A stretch of DNA of 64,000 bases from the NCBI RefSeq assembly GCF_009914755.1, contig NC_060931.1, one strand, 5' to 3'. The stretch's first letter is position 1. Every line of letters begins with the position of its first letter. Shown here one piece after another: positions 1 to 15,355 of this stretch. The notes beneath the pieces are model-generated. The model was not told the DNA's origin and made no database searches. It saw only the letters and a list, made by a program, of their open reading frames with translations. This DNA comes from the human T2T-CHM13v2.0 reference genome, Homo sapiens. Position numbers and translations under genes: made by a program.

Positions 1-215
1 TGTGGCACACAACTGTATATATATGCATTGTGGAATGGTTCAATCCAGCTAATAAAGAAATTTGTTACTTCATATGGTTATTTTTAGTTATATAGTTTTT
101 TTTTGTCAAGAACACTTAATATCCACCCTCAGCATTTTTCAAGAATACAGTACAACACCATTAACTATATTCAACATGCTATTCAATAGATCTCTTGAAC
201 TTATCCCTTCTATTT
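1..215 (-). mobile_element. Old L1 (L1MA-like) 3' end fragment
   Basis: Antisense L1M 3'UTR motifs (catttttcaagaatacagtaca...aatagatctcttgaacttat); truncated by the window edge. Confidence 0.7.
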
Positions 216-1097
216 GAAAGAAATGCCTTTGATGTGGAAATACAGTGCTATGGCAATCAAAAAGGGTCAAAAACACATTGGAAGAAACAGACTATGGAGG
301 ACAGTAAAGATTCATATCATTTCTATATGCAGAGATCTGAGAAGACATTGCTTAAATTGCTTCAGGTTAAACAAAATAGACAAATTAGAATTCTGGGGAA
401 TTAAAAAAATATGTCAGTAGAAACAAAAAGTAAATAGGAGATGGATAGCTGGAAAATGAAACTGAAGAAATCTTCCCAGAAAGTACAGCAAAAAGACAAA
501 TAAATGGTGAATAAGAAAAGAAATAAGAAAAACTGTTTTACATGCAGAATAAATTGTTATACGGGCACCACACCCACTTACAGGAACAACATCACCCACA
601 TTGGAAACTATCATCTAATCACATGCATGAGGCTCCTTCTTCCATGACCAGATTATCACCTCCCAGAGAGCATGGATCCCATCTCTCTGATTCACTGCTC
701 TGTCCCCACATATTAGCTTGTAGCTGTTGGTACACAGTGAACACTTTCTAAAATTTTACTGAAAATTATTGAGTAAATTACATAAACATTTATCTAGTAA
801 AAGAGTATATTTTCCTTTGATTTATGCAGAAATGGTAGGTGACTCAACATCAGCAGCTGCAGTTAATTAAATAATTAGCGCTTTCCTTATTTAATGTCTC
901 CGGTGAGATCATGGCAATGTAGTAGCAAAAATAAACACCAACCAACTTCGCAGAATTTTATTCCACTACTTGTACAGCTGTCAAATTGCTCTGTGATGAA
1001 TGCATTCAGGATTGAACACCATGGAAATGCCACACTGACCAGTCTCTGATGTGAGAGTGGTCATGTCATGAATGAGGCCTAGAAGCTCCTTTGATTA

Positions 1098-1239
1098 CAC
1101 TAAGTCCACACTTAATAAAGTCGATAGGTTATTGGAAACTATGACTTTAAGTTAAACAACAGATAAAGAAACATTTTTTTCTCATCAACGTTATAGTGAA
1201 ATGATGTTGAGGGAAACAACATTATTCAAGGACTTGCTG
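1098..1239. mobile_element. Short MER6-like TcMar-Tigger DNA transposon remnant
   Basis: Both ends resemble MER6 termini (taagtccacacttaa... and ...ttttctcatcaacgttata...attcaaggacttgctg); interior deleted. Confidence 0.65.
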
Positions 1240-1260
1240 CTAGTGGGAGGAATGGTGGAC

Positions 1261-1880
1261 TGTATCAGACATCTTTTGTTCCTCACATCAAAATCCTTCA
1301 ACTCAGTGTTTTGTTCCAGCAATCTCTAGTCACATGCAAGCAAGTGTAACTTCATGCTGTCTCTCCTCAGCTGTGCTAGAAGTTGCTCACTTTCTGCCCC
1401 AGAGTTTCTCTGCCACCAGCATGTCAGATGTGTGCAAGAACTTGTTCTGCCATTCTGACGCAGACACCAATCAGAGACTGCAAGTAAATTTATACTCTGT
1501 GAAGCAACTTGACTGACTGTGAATGAGAGTTAGTGAATATTCAAATGAATAGCCTATTCAATGAATAGAGCTATTCAAATGAATAGTACTTTATCCCTTT
1601 GGCAGACAATTTGGATGTGTCTTATACACAGGTCCTTAGAAGGTCTGCAGTGTGATCAGTTCACAGTTGTCCACAGTGGTGACCAGCTCAATATCATGCT
1701 CTTGGGTTGGCTTTCCCACTTTCCCTGTTGAACTCTTTTCATTCATCCCCTCCAGTTCTTGGGAATCTCTTAGCAAAAGTAACTACATACAAACCCTTCT
1801 CTCCAGCTATGCTTTTGGTTGGTTGGGGTGGGGGCGGAGCTGGGCGGCGCTGGGCGGGGCAGGAATAAGTTATTAGGACC
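1261..1880. mobile_element. ERVL solo LTR, LTR16-like
   Basis: Motifs cacagtggtgaccagctcaata...ttgggttggctttccc...gctatgctttt resemble the LTR16 family; boundaries approximate. Confidence 0.5.
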
Positions 1881-2757
1881 CCCTGACATGTAAAACAACC
1901 TTCCATAAACCTAAATCTTTCCAGATAATTCTAGTTTTTTCAAAGGAAAAATATGCCCTTTGTAAATAAATTCAAAATAAAGAGAGAGTCTACTACCTGA
2001 CTTCTCTTTAACAATACTACAGATGATCTTCATAGAAAAACATAGTTTTATTTTGCAGGTATATTATTAGCAGTAGGGCCCAGAGTATTTATTGGAATGT
2101 TTTGACATTTTAATAGTACTTTTTCTAACTCATCTTTTTCTAACCTTTTTTTTTATTTTAATACTTATTATAATCATTTTATTCTCATTGTATTTTAAAA
2201 GTTAAATATTAGAGAAATAATATAGTTGAAAGGATTACCTAAAATTTAGCAGATAACTAACTTAAACTACACAGAAATAGTAAAGAGAAAGGAGATCGTT
2301 GCAATAATTAAGAATGCTAAGAATTAAAAAGTATTTTCATGTAATACACTACTCATCTAATAGGATACTGCCTATTATATGAAATTGTAGACTTTTAATT
2401 TATGTCATACACACAAAGTCCCTTTTATGTTTTTATGTCTGAAAAATAAATGGCAATGATTTTGCTATTCTTAAATATTCTACAATAAAACAAGAGAACC
2501 ATGACCAAAAGTAATAAGCTCCCACAGGACATTTTTCTTACTCTAAATTGTAAATGGAGTGAACATTAAAAATATTGTTTCTATGTAAGTGTTAAAGAAA
2601 AAGAAAAACATCCTTTTAATTGTGAATGATTAAAATGATAAAAGGTGAAAGAAGTACAATATAATCACATCACATACATTCAATTTGATTTTTCCACATT
2701 ATACAATCCAAACTCACTACAAAAACAATATGAATATGATACTACCCTGAATCTGAT

Positions 2758-3450
2758 TATAGCAGGCAGGGTTCTGCGATAGCACCCAAGATTCCATCCG
2801 CTGGTGTATATTCCCTGTATAACACTCCCCATCTCATCCCTTGACTGTAGGAAGCACAGTGAACATAATGGAATTCACTCTGATGATTAGCAAGTTATAT
2901 GGCAAATGGATCATGGTATACTAAAAAGATGAAAACATTTGCAGATAAAATAAGGTCTCTAATCAATTGCTTTGAGATAATCAAAAGGGAAAATATCCCG
3001 GGTAGGTCTGGCCTAAACAAGTGAGACTTTAAAAGGGACTGTGCCTTCTTGTGGGAAGAAATATGAAGAATGAAAAGATTTTCTGGCTGACCCTGAAGAG
3101 CAAATAACTTCCATGTTGGGAGTGGATGGGACTATGTAGCAGTGACCTGACGCAGTCACTAGTTGCTGAGAACAGTCCCCAGGCAATAGCTAGCAAGAAA
3201 GTGAGGACCTAAACACACATCTGCAAGGAAGCCAATTCTGTCAATAACCTGAATCAGCTTGGAATAGGATTCTGAACTTCAAAGGATAAACAGCCTACCT
3301 AATACTTTGATTGTTTTGTGAGATTGTGAGAGGCAAGCTACTCCACACCCAGGCTTCTGATGTTCAGAAACGATGACATAATAAATGGGTATTGTTTTAT
3401 GCAACTAAGTCTCTGGTAATTTGCTACACAGTAATAAAAAAACTAACACA
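2758..3450 (+). mobile_element. MaLR solo LTR (MLT1E-like)
   Basis: MLT1 motifs (gcagataaaataaggtctctaatca..., ataaatgggtattgttttatgcaactaag...aactaacaca). Confidence 0.7.
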
Positions 3451-3914
3451 TTGGTAAACTAGAATGAAGCGCGTCCTTTAGTTTCCCCCTAAACTTTAAC
3501 AATGTAAAGGCTCTAAGAATAATAAACAAATACTACTCTCTTAAGTGTCTGAAAAAAATTAAACTTATAATTTGTCTCTCTTTGTATCCATTTAAAACTA
3601 ACAATCTAAAACAAATTTAAATGAATTATTTTCTGAAAGTAAGAGGCAAGATAAAAATGTTGCAATGTCAGTTTGAAATTTTACTTTGAAATCAAATATG
3701 TGAAATGTGGAGTGATGAGCCTATTTTCCCTGTTTCTGTGATAACTTTTTCTTGTGCATGATTTTTATCTCAAAAATGTTACAGTGGTGATAGGTTCTGG
3801 TGTTAGGCATTCATTTACCCATTACTACATAGGAAACAATGAGGATGCTAAGTAAAGGAACACAATTTGTTGAAGAATAAATACTTATAAATACATGCAA
3901 AGGAGAAGTAAGAA

Positions 3915-4125
3915 ACTAACATTTTTTCACACTTATCCTATGCTTGCCACTGTGCTAATTAATTTGCATGTATCCTCTATTGCTTAGAAACATTCTGAAA
4001 AGTAGATACTTACAGAGTGTCAAGTTTTTGAAACAGAAAGATTCAAGCAATTTGTGTAATTGTATGAAGTTAGTAAATGTCAGTTAAAATTCTAACCCTG
4101 GTTAATCTGACTCAAAAGTTTACTA
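3915..4125 (-). mobile_element. MIR SINE remnant
   Basis: Degenerate MIR core (gaaacagaaagattcaagcaatttg...ttctaaccctgg...tctgactcaaaag). Confidence 0.5.
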
Positions 4126-5900
4126 CAACATTTAGTTGGTTTAAAATCAAGTACTTGATTCTTTACCCATCCACAAGGCTGAAGTCATCACACATTGTGG
4201 ACTACAGCATCCAGATATATAGTGTGTGAAGGCACAACTGGAAGGCAGAGGCAAAGGCAGTGTTTTGAAAGACACATAAGCAAAGGATAACAAGGTAAAG
4301 AGATGCTTATTGACAGGAGTCAGAATGCAGATCCCCTTCCCAGATGGTTCAGAAATCTATGAAGGGACTCATTGCTCTGCTTAATAAATGCCTAAGAAAA
4401 TTCCCAAAACTTTCAGTTAAACTTTGAAGGTAGTCTCAGAGTTTGAAAAATATGGTCTTAAATAACCATATACTTATCTCATCTGTGAGTCTTCATTGCA
4501 CAAAAGATAGTGTAAATCACTGTTTATGTAGTTAATTGCTTTGCTCCAAAGTAGACACTGTGAGCTGAGATCCCTCACTTTCAAGAAGGTGAGATATCTC
4601 CTGCCTCCTGTGTTAATCACTATACTCAATAGTCTTTCTTTCCCTTCCCACCCCCTGATGAACTCATTTAAATTATCATTCACAAAAGGACAATTCTGAG
4701 AGTAAAGTAAAACCATATTATTAATTTTACTGGGATTATCTCAGGCACACTTGTATATAAGGTAATCCTATTTCTCTCCATTTTGTTCTCTCATTCTCAT
4801 TAAACACATTCCCTATCACCTTTGAGTATTCCAGCTCCTTGATTTTTTCTCTTTTCCTAGCTTATCATTTTCACTTATACTTTTCTTGTCTCTACTCTGC
4901 CTGTGCCCTAACTAAGTCAACCATACTTTCATCAACAGCCTATGATCTGTTAACTTCTTTACCTACCCAACCTACCAAATCCAACCTGGTAATAATCTAC
5001 AGTTTGTTTTGTTTTTGTATTGTGTTCAAAATTATTAGTCCAAAGTTATTTGTCACTAATAAACAAAAGGCTTTAGTTTAAACTGATAATTTTGTAAAGG
5101 TTCATTCTATTCATTTTCACCTTAGTCTTTTCGCTTCTAAAATCAATTTGGTAATTCCAGTATAGTCCGTATTAGAAATCCCACTGCTGTTATTTCCAGC
5201 TTTTCCCATTCTACTCATATCCCAAAATTCACTATTTCCACCTTCATACTCAGCAGGTGTTTTTCTACCGGGTAACATTTTACAGGTGATTTCCTCATCT
5301 GCCTTCCCAGAATGTTAGAAGGGCAATGCCACACTGATTTTTAAAAATTCACAAAGTTATAAGATGTGCTACTTGTAGCAAGTGAAAAATTAGAAAGATA
5401 TTGTACCTCCTATTCCTCTGATTCCCTACCTCCTATTCCACTTTCCTGAGGCCATCAATGTTAATATTTATCAACCTTATATGACTCCTCCCACAAGTTG
5501 TTCCTTACCAACACATGCATACATACAACTGTATACATTTCTAAATTTCTTCTTTTGTTTTAACTAAATAGAATCACATTACAAACAGTACTCTGAATCT
5601 ATTTTTGACTTAAGACATCTTTCCCTAAATATATATAAATATTATAATGAACATATAAAGAAACACACACATACACAGAGTTTATAAAGACAATGGTATA
5701 AGGTGCTAGGGCATTTTAGGGCCATACTTTATTTTTTCTTATATTCCCCTCTACCTTTCATTTTTCTCATTCCTCTGCCTGCATCATCCCCCAATTCTCA
5801 TCTCACTCATGATAACTTATGTAAACAACAAACCAAGCTTATCTACAAATTTCACCAGCTGTATAAATATGTTATCAAAATGCTATATGTACATATATTT

Positions 5901-5940
5901 TATATATATATATATATGTGTACGTATACACACACACACA
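5901..5940. repeat. (TA)n/(CA)n compound microsatellite
   Basis: tatatatatatatatatgtgtacgtatacacacacacaca. Confidence 0.9.
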
Positions 5941-7034
5941 GATGTATATTAAAAAGATGGTAAATCAAAAGTTTTATCTGGGATACCAAAATACAATAGA
6001 TATAAAACTTCAAGATGAAGGATAGATATCCTGAGGAAATTTCAAAGTTAAAAGGACTAATATAATATGGCCCTAAAAATCAACAAGTAGTCTATACAAA
6101 GTAAAGTGTGTAGAAATTGGGAGATGGTTAACAAAGAAATTCCTTTTGCAAAAGAATGGCATGAGGTGACAGAAGACCATCTCATAACTCCAGATTATGA
6201 CTAAAACAGCAGCATGCAGGGAGCATCATATGTGTTCTCTGAAGTTGAGCAATGAAGGGGACTGGTGTGTGACTCATGCTGAAGGAAACTAAAAGTAGCC
6301 TGGGGCAGCAAAGAGCGCAGCTTCTGGGAAGCCACTGTGGTCCCCTCCAATGGTGAACAGAGCACAAGGTACATGTGAAAACTACAGAAGAGAGGGTAGA
6401 CTTGTTGTTTTGGCTTCTGTCAGTGAGTTCTTGAAAAGGCAGTGGCTTTCCAACAGTCTCCTGTAAACCAATATAAAACTTGTGAATGGTAGTAAAGGCC
6501 AGATAGTAGAAGAGAATGCCTCTCCCTTGAAAAGTAAGATGTTTTCTAAGGAGATCGCAGAGAAGCTCCTGCAAAGCCCATCAAAGTGCTCTAGAGAGAA
6601 AGAGCCAGATTTATACATCTACCAGGCCCAGAGAGCACAAAGCTACCCTACGACAGTATCTGTTAAGTATGAACTTTCTTCTGCCATTCTTTTCCCCATT
6701 CCCATGGAGCTACCTGGATAGGTTAGTAGAAGCAGCCACCTAATAAGAAATAAAATGAGGCAAGCAAGAAGCAGCCAGCCACAGATGCAGGCTCTGTCCT
6801 ATAGCTCATGCCTGCTAAGACAAGTATCAATAATATCATAAATTTGAGACTATGTTTGCCTTAAAGTGACCTTATGGAGAATGTATAAGTTTTCCTGCAG
6901 GGATATGAGAATGATTTCCCAGAATTCGTTGATTTTAAAAAAATATTAAAAGATTGAAATAAAATTAGGTTCTGGTTATATCCCATGAATCTTTCTTTTT
7001 CATGCTACTTAGCTACAAATATACCCCAATGATT

Positions 7035-8290
7035 TGTAAGTAAATATCTATTAAGCACTATTTGGTACTAGGCAGTGTTCTAGACTCCTGGAACAAATAC
7101 TGTAGTGAAACCAAATAAAGATCCATGGCCTTGAGGAATGCAAATTCTAATGAAAGGAGGCAAATAGTAAACATAATAAAATTGTAAATCATATAATATG
7201 TTATATGCTGATATGTTCCATAGTAATATAATGTCATGAAAATATAGTGTAGGGTAAGGATGGTTAAAAATTCTGTGATGAAAAGGGCAGGATATATTTT
7301 TAAATAAGGTATTCAGTGTAGGCCTCATTATAAATGAGATATTTGAGCAAAGTCTCAAAACTGGTAACAGAGATAGATATCTGGGAGAAGGGTGGTCCTG
7401 GAGGAGAAAATAGCTTAGCAAAAGACCCAAGATGACATGAATAACAAAACTGCAAAATTACACAGTGCTGGCATCACTGAAAAAACTGAGCAAGGGGATG
7501 AGTAAAAAGAGATAAGGTCAGAAGACTTACTTGGCAAAAACAACGGAAAGGATGAGCTGACAAAAAGCAGATGGAGAAAGCTGCACATAGAGAAAGAAGT
7601 ATTACTGGTTTCGTTTTCGACATGTTGATTTGTGATGTCTATTACACAACCTATATGGATGTTAAGTTAGCATTTGGCTTTGGATTACAGATTCGGCCAG
7701 AGACATAAATTTGAGAATCAGTAGTGATTAGAAGGAATGAGATCACCAAAAGAATGAGTATAGGTAGAGAAGAGGTGGATGAACTTGGGAACACTTCAGG
7801 ATAAGTGGTTGGGCAAAGACAAAGAACCAGCAAATGGACTATTAAGGAACTCCCGTTGAGAGAGGAGGAAAACCAAAGTTGTGTGGTGCCCTGGAAGACA
7901 AGTGAAGGAAGGGTGTCTTGAAGAAGGTAATCGCTTCTGTTAAGAGGGCAATGAAGAGGATAATTCCTTATGTTAAGTGTTGCTGAAAGATTTAAGATGT
8001 AGACAGTGAGTTGAATACTGAATTTAGCAATATGGAAATTTAGCCAAAGATCCTAGTAGAGTTAACCTGACTAAGTTAGAGAAAACCTGACTAAGAGAAT
8101 TTAGGAGGGAAGAAATCTGAAACAGAGAGTATATATAAACAGGGCTGTAACTCACAGGGGAAGTGGAATGAAGATGTTTTTAATATGGGAGAAATAACAG
8201 CATGTCTGGATGCTGAAGGGAATGATACAACAGACAGTGAAATAGTGATGGTACGGGAGAGAGAAGAAAATTTATGGAGATGCATCATTA
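7035..8290 (-). mobile_element. L2 LINE remnant (3' portion)
   Basis: Antisense L2 3' end (tattaagcacta...tactaggcagtgttctag) followed by purine-rich degenerate L2 body. Confidence 0.65.
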
Positions 8291-8357
8291 AATTAGCTAG
8301 AGATTTGTCCTACTGCACAAGTAGAAAGTCAACCTTTAGAGGCAGTAGCTATACTAA

Positions 8358-9539
<1,182 letters not shown>

Positions 9540-9715
9540 CTAAGAAGTAGGAAGGCAAATCAAGGACTGAAAATCCCCTTTTACTCATTTTGTCCTTTTG
9601 GCCAAATTGCTTTTTATTTCTATACTGGAAGACATATATTATTTTCCATGCAATTCATGATTACTTTTTCATTGTTGATGCTAATGCTTATTAAAAAAAA
9701 AAAAAATAAGACCCT

Positions 9716-10016
9716 GCCAGGTGCTGTGGATCATACTTGTAATCCTAAGATTTTGAGAGACCAAAACAAGAGGATCATCTGAGCCCAGGAATTTGAGAAC
9801 AGTCTGGACAACATAGCAATATCCTGTCTCTACAAGAAACATTTTTAAAAATTAGGCAGGTATGATGGTGCGTGCCTGTAGTCTCAGCTACCTGTGAGGC
9901 TAAGGTGGGAGGATTGCTTGAGCCAGGCAATGGAGGCTGCAATGAGCTATGATTACACCACTGCACTCCAGCCTGGGTTACAGACTGAGACCCTGTCTTA
10001 AAAACAGCAACAAAAA
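9716..10016 (+). mobile_element. AluJ
   Basis: Diverged dimer with J diagnostics (gagcccagga, ggaggattgcttgag, gagctatgat). Confidence 0.9.
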
Positions 10017-10574
10017 CATTCTATAATGTATATGAAACTATGATACCAAGTATTTTCTCCACCAAAATGCTCTATTCCCCAGTGATGTCCCACCCACAAG
10101 ATGAGAACTTTAGAATACTGTAACTATACCCCCACTTCTACCTCTAGGGAATCCTTTTACTTCTACTTTCTCATCATGAGCCTAAGCCAACTTTTAAATT
10201 TTACTGAAGTAACTTGACCCTTTCGATTCTAAACTATTATTTGAATCTCCCCACAAAATTTGTCTCTTCTATTTTAAGAACCCTGATTTTGGTGGCTTAC
10301 AGTAAACTCCTAGGCTTCGATCATCATTTCTATTATGTCTATTTAGATGTCATCAGACATTATATATAGCCCTTTGCTTACCATTGCTTCTTCTATTTGC
10401 TCTTTGTCTTTCTCCATCTTGACTATTCTAATTTATCTGCTCTCTTTTCTATTTTCTCAGATTGGATAAATACATTTTCTAAAATGTGTATATCTGTAAA
10501 TAATCTTTACTTCACCTTGACAGATGAAGGCTAGCTTGGCTGGACGTAGGATTTTTCCTCCCAGTAGTCTATAG

Positions 10575-10752
10575 ATAACATCTCAATGTTAGTTGCAATG
10601 TTAGTTGCTTATTAGAAATGCCTGGGGAGTTAAAAAATGCCAATTATTAGCCCCACCCCCAGAGATTTTGATTTAATTCATCTGGGGTGGAGCCCAGCAG
10701 CAGCATTTCTAAAGCTGCTCAGCTGATTCTAACATGCAGCCAGGATTGAGAT
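10575..10752. mobile_element. MER5-family hAT-Charlie MITE within old antisense L1M-like sequence
   Basis: ccccacccccagagattttgatttaatt...ctggggtggagcccag...gattctaacatgcagccagg. Confidence 0.7.
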
Positions 10753-13700
10753 CTTGTGGGTGTTATTTTACTGTGATATGATTCTGCTGTTGACTTTCAT
10801 TCTATTGTGGCCCAAAGTGGGAGATGAGCAGCCTGATTCCAGTTTGATCCATCTGCGTTCATAATGTACTTGTTCTTTCTAAATAGAAGTTTCTAATATT
10901 TTATATTCATGCCTGAAATTTGGAATTTTTACCTTACTAAGGTGTGAATCATTTTCTTGTAAATCCTGACCAGAACTTGTAAAGTCCTTTTAACTGGTCT
11001 TTCTTTAACACATAGGGAAGTTTTTCTCTATTATTTAATTAGTGTCTTAACCCAATCTCTCATTTTTCTCTTTCTGGAACTCCTATTTTCCTTAATGTCA
11101 CTCAACTATTCCCTTATGCTTTTCATCGCTGTATATTTTGCACTGTGATATTTTCTCCACTTCTTCTGTGCTACTAATTCAGTAATCAACAGTGAACACC
11201 TCTCTTTCTATTGAAATACTAAAATTTTAAACTTGAAGATGGTGTTATTTAAGTTCCATAAAGTTATGGGCTGTGCTTTAATATTTTTAAATGCTTTTGT
11301 CATTGATGTATTCAGCTGTTCATCAGGTGTACCATATCAGGAGCCTGGTTTGAGAGTCCTATGAGTTCTGTCTCTCTCATGTGGCTAGTCCTCATTAGGT
11401 GAGTTGTGATTTTCTGGGTTTCATTGGCGCTAAAATCAAGCTGCTAGGAAACACTAAATGGCAGCAGACACCTCCCGGCAGGGATGCAAGACATCTCATA
11501 CTGGAGAGTTCCGGCTGACATCAGGCTGGTGTCCCTCTGGGACAAAGCTTCCAGAGGAAAGAGCAGGCAGCAATTTTTGCTGTTCTGCAGCCTCCATTGG
11601 TGATACCCAGGTGAAAAGGGTCTGGAGTGGACCCCCAGCAAATTGCAGCAGACCTGCAGAGGAGGGGACTGGCTGTTAGAAAACAAACAAACAGAAAGCA
11701 ACAACAACAACATCAACAAAAATGACCCCACAGAAACCCCATCCGAAGGTCAACGGCCTCAAAGATAAAAGGTAAATAAAAATCTACGAAGATGAGGAAA
11801 AACCGAAGCAAAAACACTGAGAATTCTGAAAGCCAGATGCCTCTTCTCCTCCAAATGATTGCAACACTTCTCCACCAAGGGCACACTATGGGGCTGAAGC
11901 TGAGATGGATGAATTGATAGAAACAAGCTTCAGGAATTGAGTAATAACAAACTTTTCTAAGCTAAAGGATTATGTTTTAACCCAACGCCAAGAAGCTAAG
12001 AACAATGATGAAAGATTACAGGAGATGTTAACTAGAATAACCAGTTTAGAGGGGAACATAAATGACCTGATGGATCTGAAAAACACAGCACGAGAATTTC
12101 ATGATGTAATCACAAGTATTAATAGCTGAATCAACCAAGCACAAGGGAGAATATTAGAGCTTGAAGACTATCTTACTGAAATAAGGCGGGCAGAAGAGAT
12201 TAGAGAAAAAAAAGGAATGAAAAAGAATGAAGAAAACCTGTGAGAACTATGGGACTACGTAAAAAGACCAAATCTACAATGGATTGGTGTACCTGAAAGA
12301 GATGGGGAGAATGGAATCAAGTTGGAAAACACACTTCAAGATATCATCCAGGAGAACTTCCCCAATCTAGCAAGACAGGCCAACATTCAAACTCAGGAAA
12401 TCCAGAGAACCCCAGTAGGATACTCCATGAGAAGATCTACCCCAAGACACATAATTGTCAGATTCTCCAAGGTTGAAATGAAAGAAAAAATGCTAAGGGC
12501 AGTCAGAGACAAAGTCCAGGTCACCTACAAAGGGAAGCCCATCAGACTAACAATGAACCTCTCAGCAGAAGCCCTACAAGCAAGAAGAGATTTGGGGCCA
12601 ATATTACACATTCTTAAAGAAAAGAATTTCCAACCCAGAATTTCCTATCTGGCCAAAGTAAGCTTTATAAGTGAAGGAGAAGACAAGCAAATGCTGAAGG
12701 ATTTTGTCACCTCCAGGCCTGCCTTGCAAGAGCTCCTGAAGGTAGCACTAAACATGGAAAGGAAAAACCATATCCGGCCACTACAAAAACACATTGAAGT
12801 ACACAGATCAACGACACTATGAAGCAACTACATTAACAAGTCTGCAAAATTAACCAGCCAGCATCATCATGACAGGATCAAATTCACACATAACAAAATT
12901 AACCTTAAATATAAATGGGCTAATTGCCCCAATTCAAAGACACAGAATGGCAAGCTGGATAAAAAGAGAAGACCCAACATGTGCTGTATTCAAGAGACAC
13001 ATCTCATGTTCAAAGACACAAATAGGCTCAAAATAAAAGAATGGAGGAAATTTTACAAGCAAATGGAAAGTAGAAAAAAGCAGTGGTTGCAATCTTAGTT
13101 TCTGGCAAAATGGACTTTAAACCAACAAAGGTCAAAAAAGGCAAAGCAGCACATTACATAATGGTAAAGGGTTCAATTGAACAGGAAGAGCTAACTATCC
13201 TAAATATACATGTACTCAATACAGGAGCACCCATATTCATAAAACAAGTTCTTAAAGACCTACAAAGATACATAGACCCACATGCAATAATAATGGGAGA
13301 CTTTAATGCCCACTGTCCGTACTGGACAGATCATCAAGAGAGAAAATTAACAAAGATATGCAGGATTTGAACTCAGCTCTAGACCAAGTGGACCTGATAG
13401 ATATCTACAGAACTGTCTACCCCAAAACAAGAGAATATACATTTTTCTCAGCACTACATGGCACTTAGTCTAAAATTAATCACAAAATTGAAAGTAAAGC
13501 ACTCCTCAGCAAATGCAAAATAACAAATAATAAAAGTCTCTCAGACAGCAGCACAATCAAGACAAGATTAAGAAACCCACTCAAAACTACACAACTACGT
13601 GGAAATTGAACAACCTGCTCCTGAATGACTTCTGGGTAAATAACAAAATTAAGGCAGAAATAAAGAAGTTTTTTGAAACCAATGAGAACAAAGAGACCAA

Positions 13701-14842
13701 TATATCAGAATCTCTGGGACACAGCTAGAGCAGTGTTAAAAGGAAAATTTATATCACTAAATGCCCATATCAAAAAGCTCGAAAGATATCAACACCCTAA
13801 GATCACAACTAAAAGAACTAGAGAACCAAGAGTAAAGAAACCCCAGAGCTAGCAGAAGACAAGAAATAACCAAGCTCAGAGTGGAACTGAAGGAGATAGA
13901 GACACAAAAAAACACTTCAAAAAAATCAGCAAATCCAGGAGCCGGTTTTTTAAAATCAATAAAATAGACTACTAGCTAGACTAATAAAGAAGAAAAGAGA
14001 GAAGATTCAAATAAAAACAATCAGAAATGTTAAGGGGGATACCACCACTGACCCCACAGAAATATGAGCAACCACCAGTGAATACTATAAACACCTCTAT
14101 GCAAATAAACTGGAAAATCAAGAAGAAATGGATAAATTCCTGGACACATACACCTTCCCAAGGCTGAAACAGGAAGAAGTCAAATCCCTGAATAGACCAG
14201 TAACCAATTCTGAAATTAAGGCAGTAATAGCCTGCCAACCAAAAAAAGCCCAGGTCTAGATGGATTTACAGCTGAATTCTACCAGAGGTACAAAAAGGAG
14301 CTGGTACCATTCCTTCTGAAATTATTCCAAACAATTGAAAAGGAGGAATTCCTCCCTAACTCATTTTATGAGGCCAGCATCATCCTGATACCAAAACCTG
14401 GCATAGATAGAACAAAAAAAGAAAACTTCAGTCCAATATCTCTGATGAACATCAATGCAAAAAATCCTCAATAAAATACCGGCAAAATGAATCCAGCAGC
14501 GCATCAAAAAGTTTAACCACCACAGTCAAGTCAGCTTCATCCTTGGGATGTAAAGCTGATTCAACATATGCAAATTAATACATGTATTACATAAACAGAA
14601 CTAAAGACAAAAGCCACATTATTATCTCAATAGAGAAAAGGCCTTTGATAAAATTCAGCATCCCCTTATGTTAAAAACTCAATAAACTAGATAATGAAGG
14701 AACATGCCTCAATATAATAAGAGCCATTTATGAAAAACCCATAGCCAATATCATACTGAATGGGCAAAAGCTGGAAGCATTCCCTTTGAAAACTGGCACA
14801 AGACAAGCATGCCTTCTCTTGCCACTCTTATTCAACATAGTT

Positions 14843-15355
14843 ATTATAAATCATGCTGCTATAAAGACACATGCACACATATGTTTATTGCGGCACTATT
14901 CACAATAGCAAAGACTTGGAACCAACCCAAATGTCCATCAATGATAGATTGGATTAAGAAAATGTGGCACATATACACCATGGAATACTATGCAGCCATA
15001 AAAAAGGATGAGTTCGTGTCCTTTGTAGGGACATGGATGAAGCTGGAAACCATCATTCTGAGCAAACCATCACAAGGACAGAAAACCAAACACCGCATGT
15101 TCCCACTCATAGGTGGGAATTGAACAATGAGAACACTTGGACACAGGGTGGGGAACACTACACACCGGGGCCTGTCATGGGGTGGAGGGTGGGGGGGCGG
15201 GATAGCATCAGGAGATATACCTAAGTTAAATGACAAGTTAATGGGTGCAGCACAGCAACATGGCACATGTATACATATGTAACAAACCTGCACGTTGTGC
15301 ACATGTACCCTAGAACTTAAAGTATAATAATAATAATAATAAAGAAAAGAAAAGA
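14843..15355 (+). mobile_element. Nested 5'-truncated younger L1PA (PA4/PA5-like) 3' end
   Basis: ORF2 C-terminus (SCCYKDTCT...LIGGN*), G-rich 3'UTR and (TAA)n/A tail interrupting host ORF2 between ttcaacatagt and aagttctggcc. Confidence 0.92.

Noticed and set aside
6120-6900. ORF cluster (130, 78 and 79 aa) in a more GC-rich patch
   Set aside because: No recognisable protein motif; probably an ancient LTR-like repeat that I cannot name
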